DNA from: a virus | Virus record (IMG/VR): IMGVR_UViG_3300035181_001974 | DNA: 64,000 nt | Strand: one strand, 5' to 3' | Shown: piece by piece, positions 47,848 through 57,011 of the stretch | Layout of the letters: each line of letters opens with the position of its first letter | How positions within the stretch are numbered: position 1 is the stretch's first letter | Translations under genes and position numbers: made by a program | Notes under the pieces: model-generated | What the model saw: only the letters and a program-made list of their open reading frames with translations | Databases searched by the model: none | What the model was told of the DNA's origin: nothing

Positions 47848-48141
47848 ATGGCACGGATCAAGGCCCACCGAGAGTCTCTCCACACCACGATGGCATACGT
47901 CTTCTCGGACAACCCATTTGACGATCGCGTCTACCGGCTGGACAACCGTGGACGCTGCACCTGCGAGGGCGCTCAGCGCTTCGGGAAGTGCCGCCACACC
48001 TCGGAGATCGCCAAAGCCATCACCCAGTTCTTGGCCACCGCGAAGTGGAAGTGCACCGTTGACGTCATCTTCACGCCCTGGTCGGCCAAGGAGCTCGGGC
48101 TCACCAACGTGGAGGGTCTCACGATCCGCGCGACTCCGTGA
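47848..48141 (+). CDS. SWIM zinc-finger protein
   Basis: CTCEG...RFGKCRHT (C-x-C ... C-x-H). Confidence 0.5.
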   Translation: MARIKAHRESLHTTMAYVFSDNPFDDRVYRLDNRGRCTCEGAQRFGKCRHTSEIAKAITQFLATAKWKCTVDVIFTPWSAKELGLTNVEGLTIRATP

Positions 48142-48173
48142 ATCTTCAACATCGATCGGGATAGAATCAAATC

Positions 48174-48527
48174 ATGGCCCACCCCGCTCGCATCAAGCTC
48201 TCTAGCAAGGTTCGCTCTGAGATGACCGCGAAGGTCCGCGCGTCCCTGGACGCCAATCCTGCCGCGGTGGAGCGTGCCATCAAGGTCCTCTACGAGCGCC
48301 AGACCACTTCCGAGAAGGCGACCGAGAGCACTCACGTTAACAACCAAGTGGGCGTCCGTCACAGTCATGGGCATCGCATTGCCTACTACGGCAAGTGGCT
48401 GGCCCGCGGGAACCACCTCACCGGCATCCACCTGGAGCAGGCGCGGAAGCTGGCCCACACATATGCCCGAACCCAGCTCGCGGAGCTCGCGGCAGTCAAG
48501 GCGGGCCTGGTGCAAACTCCCGGTTGA
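48174..48527 (+). CDS. hypothetical protein
   Basis: Junction element upstream. Confidence 0.45.
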   Translation: MAHPARIKLSSKVRSEMTAKVRASLDANPAAVERAIKVLYERQTTSEKATESTHVNNQVGVRHSHGHRIAYYGKWLARGNHLTGIHLEQARKLAHTYARTQLAELAAVKAGLVQTPG

Positions 48528-48545
48528 TCGTGGTAGAGTAGACAC

Positions 48546-48722
48546 ATGGCCACCTGGAAGAAGATCGCCAACAAGCACTGGGAAGAAGCCGGCCGCTACA
48601 CCAGCAAGGACTGTGGCGGTGGACTCAGCAAGCCCGCGGCCCGCATCAAGCGCGCCATCAACCGCCGCGCCAAGCGTATCGAGGCCCGGGACGCCATGAA
48701 GGAGCAGCTCGATGCCGCCTGA
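48546..48722 (+). CDS. small basic protein (58 aa), below the ORF-track cutoff
   Basis: GGTAGAGTAGACAC box immediately before the ATG. Confidence 0.4.
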   Translation: MATWKKIANKHWEEAGRYTSKDCGGGLSKPAARIKRAINRRAKRIEARDAMKEQLDAA

Positions 48723-48950
48723 CATTCGCATCTTCCGCGTTCTCTTCCGCAAGCTCGGTGCGGTCGCAGTGAAGCCCAGCGCCATCAAGATCAAGGCCGC
48801 CACCGAAGGTGAGGCGATCAAGCGGGCCCGGCGTTGGCTGAGCCACGATATGCTGATGCTCGACGCAGAGATCCTCTCGAGCAAGGAGATGCTGGGCGCG
48901 GCTCGGTGGGCGCAGTGAACCTTCGCCTCTGAACAGGGTAGGATAGATTC

Positions 48951-49178
48951 ATGGCAATCACCGAACGAGACTTCAAGTGTGCGGTCGCGGCGGCGTGGGA
49001 AGGGCTCGCGAGTGACTGTGGCTCGCAGGACGGTGAGGGCGCGGTGGATCACCTCGAGAGCATTTTCTTCGCACTGGCGGAGGACCCTGACCTGGATCCT
49101 GAGACGCGCTCGCGGGTGGAGCGCTTCGAGCCCGAGCTGAAGCGGTGGGCTCTGGCAGAGCTGAAGAAGTACGGTTGA
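48951..49178 (+). CDS. hypothetical acidic protein
   Basis: GGGTAGGATAGATTC box before the ATG. Confidence 0.45.
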   Translation: MAITERDFKCAVAAAWEGLASDCGSQDGEGAVDHLESIFFALAEDPDLDPETRSRVERFEPELKRWALAELKKYG

Positions 49179-49333
49179 GAGACAGTGAACTCTCCACCAC
49201 GATTTGGATAGAGTAGACTCACTGGCTGGTCACGGTCTCCCAGCCGAATCAAAAAGAGACCACTTCAATTCGAGCAATTGGGATGCAACGCTCGTAAAAA
49301 ACTTTCCCTTCAACTCTCTCCCACATCGTCAAA

Positions 49334-49425
49334 AAGGCTCGCGGGTAGCGGCGCCCTCCAGGGTTGACGGTGAATCGACTAGGTTCGACTCCTGGGTGGG
49401 GGACCAGATCAGAGGCGCCAGTTTC
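49334..49425 (+). other. degenerate tRNA-like element with intact T-arm, acceptor 3' strand and encoded CCA
   Basis: CTAGG-TTCGACT-CCTGG then GTGGGGG-A-CCA; a 5' strand CTCCCAC can pair with the acceptor, but the D and anticodon arms do not fold canonically. Confidence 0.3.
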
Positions 49426-49483
49426 AAGACTGGTCCCGAGTGCTTAGGTGGTGTAGAACCATTCTACAATATCAAAGAATATT

Positions 49484-49714
49484 TTGATGCCCCGTGAGAA
49501 GTTCCTGATGCTGGTCTTCGCAGCCTTGATTGGGCTGACAGTGTTGCTCTTCTTGATGACGGCGCGGGCCGCAACGAGCAACTGCGAGTTCATCAAGGAT
49601 CCCGACGGGCGGAACTTCTGCCTGGCGACAACCAAGAAGGACCCGAGCTGGTGTGAGTTCATCAAGTCCGCGGACACCAGAAACCTCTGCCGTGCCACAG
49701 TGAAAAAGCCCTAG
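49484..49714 (+). CDS. secreted small Cys-repeat protein
   Basis: Signal peptide LMLVFAALIGLTVLLFLMTARA; internal repeat CEFIK-D/S-xDxRN-F/L-C-xAT-xKK x2. Confidence 0.5.
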   Translation: MMPREKFLMLVFAALIGLTVLLFLMTARAATSNCEFIKDPDGRNFCLATTKKDPSWCEFIKSADTRNLCRATVKKP

Positions 49715-49735
49715 CTCTGAGCATAGGATTAACCC

Positions 49736-49990
49736 ATGATGAGCAAGCCCAAGAAGCCCGCCTTGTCGAAACAGGAGTTCAACACCGCGATCACGCAGCT
49801 GTTGGCGTCGCATAGCGTCATGGCCGACCAGCTTACGGCTGCCGCGCAGGACGATCGCTATGCCCAGATGCTGAACGCCCTCCGCGAGCACGATCCCTTC
49901 CTGGCCGACCTGATCCTGGACGCGGATACCGGCATGGTCGACGGGTACCAGCGAATCGTCCGCTACTTGAGCTCCCGCGTCGATAACTGA
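49736..49990 (+). CDS. hypothetical protein
   Basis: 84-aa ORF. Confidence 0.4.
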   Translation: MMSKPKKPALSKQEFNTAITQLLASHSVMADQLTAAAQDDRYAQMLNALREHDPFLADLILDADTGMVDGYQRIVRYLSSRVDN

Positions 49991-50068
49991 GATGAACCTT
50001 GTTCCACAGTTCAACCGGGTGACTCAGTCCCGGTGAATCTTCAACTGCGATCGGGGTAGAGTAGAGAC

Positions 50069-50311
50069 ATGAGGATCTACGAACGTGTCAGCAACAAGAT
50101 CCGCCGCGACAGTGGCTTCAAGGCCAACGGTGGTGTCTTCCTCCCGCAGTCCCGCATGCGGCACATCCGCTGGGAAGAGGCGGTGAAGCACTCGCAGAAC
50201 AACCGCAGCAAGGGCACGCGGCACTACATCAAGGGCATGCAGTTCGTCCATTGGGACTGTACCTGTGGAGACATCGAGTGCCTCGCCAACCCGCGCCCGT
50301 CTGGGCGTTGA
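50069..50311 (+). CDS. hypothetical protein
   Basis: GGGGTAGAGTAGAGAC box before the ATG. Confidence 0.45.
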   Translation: MRIYERVSNKIRRDSGFKANGGVFLPQSRMRHIRWEEAVKHSQNNRSKGTRHYIKGMQFVHWDCTCGDIECLANPRPSGR

Positions 50312-51056
50312 TGTGTGAGGTAGCGCGCGACACAGGAAGCTCGATATCATGCGAGTCGCCGGAGGGATGCGACTTTATGATGGAAAGCAGGGACGTGCTC
50401 AGGACCGCCGCCTCGCGGGCCCTTCATCGCGGAAGAACCAGACTGCCCGGTTCACGGGCACGTAGCACAGGCTCAAGACCGCGAGCAGGAGAAAGTCCTT
50501 GGAATCCCGGGTCACAGAGCTGGAATCTCAGTTTGCGATTGCACTGCAGCGGATCACGGACTTGGAGAGAGAGAGCTGCCCGAGCCTCGACTGTGACCTG
50601 AGGCGGACATAGGATCATCAGCGGAACCCCGACATGTTGTGATGAATCCTCTGTGAACTCCCTCTGACTTGAGTGGTACAGTAAGATCATGTTCAACAAA
50701 GGTCGCACTCCCTTCCTGGGCAACGTCGATTGGCGCGAGGTCACGATCTTTTTCATCGTGATGAATCTGCTCATCGTGAGCAGCAGCGTCTTCATCTTCT
50801 TCATGATGAAGTGAACCCGTCTGACCCTCAAGACAGGACAAGCTCGTGAAGACTTTCGAATACAATGTCATGCGTCTGAGTCCTCTCGAGTTGCCTCATG
50901 GCAAGCTCGAGATCTTCCTGAAAGAAAAGGGTGACCAGGGTTGGGACCTGGTCACGGTCATCGTGCTTGGGTCCACGTGGTGGTACCACTTCAAGCGTGA
51001 ATCGCACGTTGCTGAGTGAACACTAACCCTGCGACATGATAGGATAGAGTAAAGCC

Positions 51057-51311
51057 ATGAAGAACAGGACCCTCAACATCGTCATCTCCGGACCCTGCGC
51101 CTCGGGCAAGACCTCCTTCGCTCGGGCCCTACAGATCCTGTGCAACGAGTACAACATCCCCTTCACGCTCAACGACGATGACATCGACGTCAACCGCGAG
51201 TTCGACACCGACGAGGAGAGCGACCGCCTCAAGCGCGTCTTCACTGCCTTGGGCGAGAGCGGGAAGGTCACCGTCAACATCAAGACGGTGCAGACGCACC
51301 ACGAGCCTTAG
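51057..51311 (+). CDS. small P-loop-like protein
   Basis: IVISGPCASGKTS; GATAGGATAGAG box upstream. Confidence 0.4.
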   Translation: MKNRTLNIVISGPCASGKTSFARALQILCNEYNIPFTLNDDDIDVNREFDTDEESDRLKRVFTALGESGKVTVNIKTVQTHHEP

Positions 51312-51952
51312 AGCCAGAGCGCCCGCAGTGGCAGCATTGCGGGCTGAGAGCCACGGTTGCTCAGTCGATGACTTCTTCAAGGCCCAATGACGGACGATAG
51401 TAAGCGATTGCTTGCAGCGGGAGCCTGCGTTCTGATCATCTATGCCTTTCTTGTCTTGAACGAGAAGCCGCAGACGAAGCTCGGCTCGCTGGTCAAGCAC
51501 ATGGTAAAGACGGGACAATGGAACGCAGACTGACTGTGAATCTCCACGGGCGGCGTGAGACATGATCTAAACACGGTCAAGAAGCCCGCTGTTAAGAAGA
51601 CTGCCTCCATCGTGGCGCGGACTCTAAGAACGTCCGGGTGACCCTTACGGTCAATGTGTGCTTGGTCCACGGTCCACAACGTCAGCTGGGCAGAGACAGA
51701 GATAGAGACAGAGATCCGTATCTGGAGATACGCCGCGAGGCAATGAGAAGGTGCGACGATCATGGAAGTCGCCACTTCAGGCACCGCGGCGGGACGATCG
51801 ACGTCTATGCTTCTTTCCCGGGTTCGCCTCCCGTGACGGGTCCGAACTCCGACTGCGAGGCTGCCTCACGGGAGGTGTCGGCTTCACGGTCCTCTGGAGA
51901 ATTGTCGCGGAAATCTGTGCAATGTGCGGGGCGATCGTGGTAGACTAGACTC

Positions 51953-52600
51953 ATGCCGATCATCGAGACCTACGCCAATCCGAACACCGGCAACGTCGAG
52001 CGGTCTGAGATTACCCACCTCGGGCGTGTTGTCAAGGTTCGCAGCTACGTGGCCATCCGGAACTTCTCGGACACGCTCGACTACACGGACTTCCGCAGCT
52101 GCACCGTCACGGAGGCGCTGGTCTGGCTCGGGCGGGAGCAAACAACGATATCCGGGCTGCCCGAGTCCGAGACCAATCCTGTGGTGCAGCTCGCTCCCGC
52201 CGACCGGTTCGCCTGGGTCGACTGCACCAACATCTTCACCTGGCGTGGCTTGCCCCACCGCGAGCCCTCGGTCGACTACATCGCGCTGGCGATCCCGGAA
52301 CTGTTCCAGGACCTGGAGGCATGGACCGCGATCCAGGAACAGAACGCCAAGGAAGCCGCTGAGAAGCAGGCGAAGCGGGAAGCAGAAGAGCAGGCCCGCA
52401 GGCTGAAGGAAGCCCGTGACCGCCCCGAGGTGGGCAAGCAGATGCGGGTCAAGAGCGGCAGCAAGGTGAAGCCCGGGACGCTGGGCACCATCGCCTACAT
52501 CCACCACAGCGGCCGCGTGCTGCTGAAGCCGGACGCCAGCTGGCGGGACCGCAATGCCCAGGGCGACTGGATCGACCCGCGGCACCTGGAGGCTCGGTGA
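51953..52600 (+). CDS. hypothetical protein
   Basis: GTGGTAGACTAGACTC box before the ATG; its stop lies inside the conserved TGAATCTTCAAC junction. Confidence 0.5.
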   Translation: MPIIETYANPNTGNVERSEITHLGRVVKVRSYVAIRNFSDTLDYTDFRSCTVTEALVWLGREQTTISGLPESETNPVVQLAPADRFAWVDCTNIFTWRGLPHREPSVDYIALAIPELFQDLEAWTAIQEQNAKEAAEKQAKREAEEQARRLKEARDRPEVGKQMRVKSGSKVKPGTLGTIAYIHHSGRVLLKPDASWRDRNAQGDWIDPRHLEAR

Positions 52601-52631
52601 ATCTTCAACAGCGAACCGGATATAACTGGAT

Positions 52632-52913
52632 CATGAGCAAGAACACCAAGCCGGTCACGTACAAGGTCAAGGGCTACTACGAGTGCCTCTGCTGCCCGTG
52701 CTGCGGCCACGAGGAGGACTGCTGCCGCGATGAGGAAGTCTTCCTGACGGAGGGCCACGCCACGGAGGCCGAGGCTAAGTCGGCGGCCAAGGCGTTCCAC
52801 TCCACGCGGCGCCGAGGGGCCGACGTGGTCACGTACGACCTGGTCCGCGTTGGTCCGCTGGGCGGCGAGCGGCTGGTCTCCTCTGTCCGCTACAACGTGG
52901 AGAACTGGTGACG
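52632..52913 (+). CDS. Cys-cluster small protein (CLCCPCCGHEEDCC)
   Basis: 93-aa ORF; shares a 32-bp near-identical segment with the truncated copy at 53364..53546. Confidence 0.45.
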
Positions 52914-53363
52914 CAGGGTGCGCCGAAGACCGCGCAAGTCTCCCGACTGATTTGGGGTGTCTGGATAGAGATCATGGAAGCCGCCCAGCAGCAGATGATG
53001 TACCCGAGTTCCAGTCGACCCTGAGGGTCCGCCGTCGCGGTCAGCGCGAGAGGCGGGGAGTTGCTGCCGCTTTTACATCGTCGTCTTCAATGACTGAGCA
53101 CGACTCAGGTGTGTTGCCTGCTCTTTGCCGCGCCCCGCCGGCGGCTCGGAAGTACTCTCTCCGTTCTTCGGGCGACAGGCCGGCGAGCGGAGACGTGCTC
53201 TTCATCATGGCAGTCAGAGGGTCGCCACCCTTTCGCCCGGCAGTGACGGTCGCCTCGTAGGAGCCGCGGTGCCCGTGAAGCCATTGCGAGCTCGAAGCAT
53301 CCGGTCTCGAGCTGCCACGCTCGTTCAGCAGTAGACAATTCTTCCTGCGAGTAGCAATTACAG

Positions 53364-53546
53364 ATGACGACGGAGACAACCACACCTCTTCCGGTCACTG
53401 TCGTAGTGCCTCAGCGAACCGCGACGTGCCGCTGCCATCGCGATGAGGAAGTCTTCCTGACGGAGGGTCACTACACGCGGCACCGGGGACCGACACCGTC
53501 ATGTACGACATGGTTCGCTGTCCGCCACAACGTGGAGATGATCTAG
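53364..53546 (+). pseudogene. truncated divergent duplicate of 52632..52913
   Basis: GCGATGAGGAAGTCTTCCTGACGGAGGG shared; both ends are similar but the middle is deleted. Confidence 0.4.
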
Positions 53547-53549
53547 TGA

Positions 53550-53720
53550 CGTGGGGGGGGGCGCCGGCCCCACCCGCGAGAGGGGCTCTTCAACGGGGCC
53601 ATCAGGGCCCCCTATTTCAGCCCCCTAAAAGGGCCCCTTCGGGACCCCCTAAATGGCCCCCTAAATAGGGGGCGGGGCCCCGCCCCTTCTGGCAGCCTTT
53701 GTGGGGCCTTCTCGGGAGGC
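53550..53720 (+). repeat. GC-rich iteron/palindrome hub: G9 homopolymer, 4x CCCCCTAAA(A/T)GGG-like repeats, perfect GC palindromes
   Basis: gtgggggggggcg; ccccctattt / ccccctaaaa / ccccctaaat x2; GGGCGGGGCCCCGCCC and GGGAGGCCTCCC palindromes. Confidence 0.55.
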
Positions 53721-53876
53721 CTCCCGCGCTAAGGCATCACATACGACGCAGGCAATTTCCCGATCGAACTGCCTTTCCCTCTGGGCCCACTGTGCGCAAA
53801 TTTCACGCGGGATTTTTCGAGAAAATTCAAGTGCCCTCCTGTGAAACTGTGCACCAACATGGGATACACATGAAAC

Positions 53877-54218
53877 ATGGTCAACCACACCCGTGAAGAG
53901 CAGCTCCTCAGGACCGACGTCCTCCTAACGTGTTCGCTGTTAAGTCTCCACGGGCCCGAGGCCCGTGACCTAGCCGCCTACTCCCTGCGGACCCTGGGCT
54001 TCACTCCTGGAGCCCATGTGGGCCGCAAGCTGGCAGAGGGATCCCGCGAGACCCTCGAGTGGTATGCAGGCCAGCTACTTAGCCTCTGCGAATCGCGAGA
54101 CTCGTTGGATCTTTGGTTCGCGGTTGAGGCACTGTTGGATCAGGCCGACCACTTTACACGCGAGCTCGCCTGTGATGCAGACCGCGAGCTGCGCAGCACC
54201 GTCAAGGCCGCAGAATGA
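53877..54218 (+). CDS. hypothetical protein
   Basis: 113-aa ORF preceded by a partial copy of the intergenic repeat element. Confidence 0.4.
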   Translation: MVNHTREEQLLRTDVLLTCSLLSLHGPEARDLAAYSLRTLGFTPGAHVGRKLAEGSRETLEWYAGQLLSLCESRDSLDLWFAVEALLDQADHFTRELACDADRELRSTVKAAE

Positions 54219-55140
54219 CGATGAGACGAGCGCTTCTTGATCATGTGGTCGGGCCATACTTAGAGGCATGTCTTTTCCCGTGGTACATCATCTGCTCTGG
54301 AACGGCTGCTGGAACCCACCTTGTGTTCTGTCGGGCTCTCTACTGACGGTGCCCTGGAAGCTGCAGGGCCTCAGGTTGGGCATCCCTGAAGGTGCCATTC
54401 CCTCAGGTTCTGTGACTCATCGCGGCCGCGATTTCGTCTCGGCCTCGTGGTCCCGCGATCCTGAGACCCCTCCTGCCATCATCGCGGTCGAAAATGGCCT
54501 GCTGACGGGTTCGATGCTCTACGTCATGGGATCCGGCTCGCGGGGTCGATGAAAGTTCACCATCTCGCGCGGTGATATGATGGTGGGCACGCGGGTTTCA
54601 TGGAATCATCAAGGACTGCGCTCACTCACTGGCCTGCCCGATGAGAGACGTATTCGCAGTGAAAGGCTCAGTTGAGCTATTCACGTGGATGACCGGTCCG
54701 TATTGACGCGCTTAGGGTCTTGTACACCTATAAGGGCAAGCCCATGCATCCCATGGCGCCAACCCTCGTGAGAGACCCTCGGAAATTAGTCGAAAAGTCG
54801 ATTGATTGGTCACCTAACTGCGCGGTGATAAATTCGTATGTTCAGGCCTGTTGTACTCTACCTGCGCCGCGTCCATCTGCACTTTCGTCCTACATCCATT
54901 TGATGTTAAGGGCAAACGCATCAATGGCAACGACGGCCTCTATGACCTAGAGGGCTTCGGTGAGTACGAAGATGAGGCATAATGCATCGCCATCGGCCCC
55001 ATCGCGCTTAGCGGCATTAAGTTGCAAGAGAAGCTCAAAGATGGTTCCCCATGGAACTCATCTTTATACACGAGATGCTGTGTTGGTCACTGAGACGCGC
55101 TGCAGTGAATATTGACATCAACCTGAGGTATTATTTTGAA

Positions 55141-55635
55141 ATGAACGACAATGACCTGCAGTCGGGCGAGCACCGCCCACGTTCCACACGCCTGCGCATT
55201 TCGTTTTCAGTCGGCTCAGAAGAAGACGGACGTTGGATCACCTTCGCCGATGACGTGGAGCTTATCAAAATCGCCGAGTGGTTCAAGTTCACCGGCATGG
55301 CCATCTCGCGGATGTTCAACCTGGGCCAGACCCCGTGTATCGTCAGGCTGACGAACTTCGACCCTGCAAAGAAGATCGCTTCCATCAAGATCATCCGTGA
55401 GTACACGGGTTGCGGCCTGAAGGAGGCAAAGGACGCCATCGAGGGCGCATTCGATGGGATCATCGGCATCTTTGAGGACGGTGAGGTCGCCGAGGCCTTT
55501 CAGCGCGCCCTCGAGGACAACGACTGCACAGTCGAGATGTTTTCCGTCATGATGGAAGACCTGCAACAGTACCGCAACGGCGCCAGGGCGCAACAAAGGT
55601 TGTACGTTCGTTCGCGGCACCTGACCTCTCCCTGA
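55141..55635 (+). CDS. protein containing a ribosomal L7/L12 C-terminal-domain homolog
   Basis: KIASIKIIREYTGCGLKEAKDAIEGAFDGIIGIFEDGEVAEAFQRALEDNDCTVEM aligns with the L7/L12 CTD ([24 protein letters not shown]...EAGAEVE); start uncertain. Confidence 0.55.
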   Translation: MNDNDLQSGEHRPRSTRLRISFSVGSEEDGRWITFADDVELIKIAEWFKFTGMAISRMFNLGQTPCIVRLTNFDPAKKIASIKIIREYTGCGLKEAKDAIEGAFDGIIGIFEDGEVAEAFQRALEDNDCTVEMFSVMMEDLQQYRNGARAQQRLYVRSRHLTSP

Positions 55636-55662
55636 GGAAGAAGGACGATACTTATCATCTCC

Positions 55663-56016
55663 ATGGGTTCAAAAGGTAGGGTCATCATGAGGACTACAGT
55701 CAGAGGAGAGGTTCTCGCGGTCGGCACCGGCGAGGTTGACATTGAGGATGACCTGATTCGTTCTCGCGGTGTCTATCACCACCCTGAACAACACATCAAG
55801 GTGGACCTCGGCCCGATTGAAGAAGGCTGTTACCCCTGCAATCCCGACGGGTCAGACGATGACTGGCTCGACTGGGAGGTTGTCGTTCGCCCGTGTCACT
55901 CACACGAGCACCATAGCCACCACCCGCACCACGATCAGAAGGACATCCTGGTCCTGCGGATCAAGTGGCGTGTGGCATACCCGAGGACGGTCAAGTGGAG
56001 CATCACCGCGCCCTGA
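55663..56016 (+). CDS. His-rich small protein
   Basis: CHSHEHHSHHPHHDQ. Confidence 0.4.
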   Translation: MGSKGRVIMRTTVRGEVLAVGTGEVDIEDDLIRSRGVYHHPEQHIKVDLGPIEEGCYPCNPDGSDDDWLDWEVVVRPCHSHEHHSHHPHHDQKDILVLRIKWRVAYPRTVKWSITAP

Positions 56017-57011
56017 GGGTCGGCGTCCTGGGATGGATCGGGCGGGGCAACGTCGGTGACGAGTTGCTCCGCGCTGCTATCTGCAACCAGATCCAGGCCG
56101 CCGGTGCCGAACCTGTTCCGCTGTCGGGCACGTTAACCCCGCGGACCGCTGCGGGCCTGCACGGCCTCATCATCGGTGGAGGCTCGCTGCTGGACGGTCC
56201 GCCCGACATTGATCCCAGCATCGACATGGCATATATGCCGCTGGCTTATGTCTCCGTCGGCCTTGAGACCAGCATTCACCACGGTCACCATGAGCTGCTC
56301 AAGCGCGCTCGCCTGGTTGTCCACCGCTCGTCGGTAGCGAGGGGCGACCAGATCAAGCAACAGCTAGGAATTACTGACGCTTGGGTCTCATTGCCTGATG
56401 CGGTCTTCACCCTGCCTTCCTTCCGCGCCGTTCAGAACAGTTCCTGGGCCTCGTCGAAACGCCTGTTGGTTCTTCCCAACGTGGAGACGGTTCCTGACCA
56501 CACGGGCCCTCACTGGTCTCACGTGGGTTGGGAATTGTTCAAGAATGAGTTTGCGCAGTTTCTCGACGACATCGTCGCGGACGGCTGGTTGCCCGAGTTC
56601 GTCGGTTGCTGCCTTAACCCATATCAGGACGATGCCTGGCCTGCGGCTGAGATCATCGGTCGCATGCGGAATCGCCGTACCCAGTTCCTGAGGGGCAAGA
56701 CACTGTCGACGCTGTCGACGGTCGCCACCGCCACGATTTCCTCGTACCGCGCTGTCATCTCACAGAGATTTCACGGCGCGATTCTGTCGAGGATGGCCAA
56801 CGTTCCATGCCTGTCGATTCACCACCATGACAAGTTGAGGCCGGACGAGCACTTTCAACCCACTGCAGCGGTGCCATTCAACGCCATCTCCAAGGCAGAC
56901 CTTCACGTTGCGTTCAGAAAATTGTTGCTCTCAGGTGAGCAGTACGTTCCTCCCACCGATGGATACGATGCAGCAGTGAGATCTTTCATCGATGGTCTGG
57001 AGGTCAAATGA
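55965..57011 (+). CDS. polysaccharide pyruvyl transferase family protein
   Basis: GNVGDELL near the N-terminus and ISQRFHGAILSRMANVPCLSI near the C-terminus (PS_pyruv_trans-like). Confidence 0.5.
   Translation: MACGIPEDGQVEHHRALRVGVLGWIGRGNVGDELLRAAICNQIQAAGAEPVPLSGTLTPRTAAGLHGLIIGGGSLLDGPPDIDPSIDMAYMPLAYVSVGLETSIHHGHHELLKRARLVVHRSSVARGDQIKQQLGITDAWVSLPDAVFTLPSFRAVQNSSWASSKRLLVLPNVETVPDHTGPHWSHVGWELFKNEFAQFLDDIVADGWLPEFVGCCLNPYQDDAWPAAEIIGRMRNRRTQFLRGKTLSTLSTVATATISSYRAVISQRFHGAILSRMANVPCLSIHHHDKLRPDEHFQPTAAVPFNAISKADLHVAFRKLLLSGEQYVPPTDGYDAAVRSFIDGLEVK

Noticed and set aside
55100-55140. TTGACA ... TATTAT sigma-70-like promoter upstream of the L7/L12-like gene
   Set aside because: Spacer between the hexamers is only ~11-12 bp, so it is not a convincing sigma-70 promoter. 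The region may still be an early promoter, but that cannot be supported from sequence alone.
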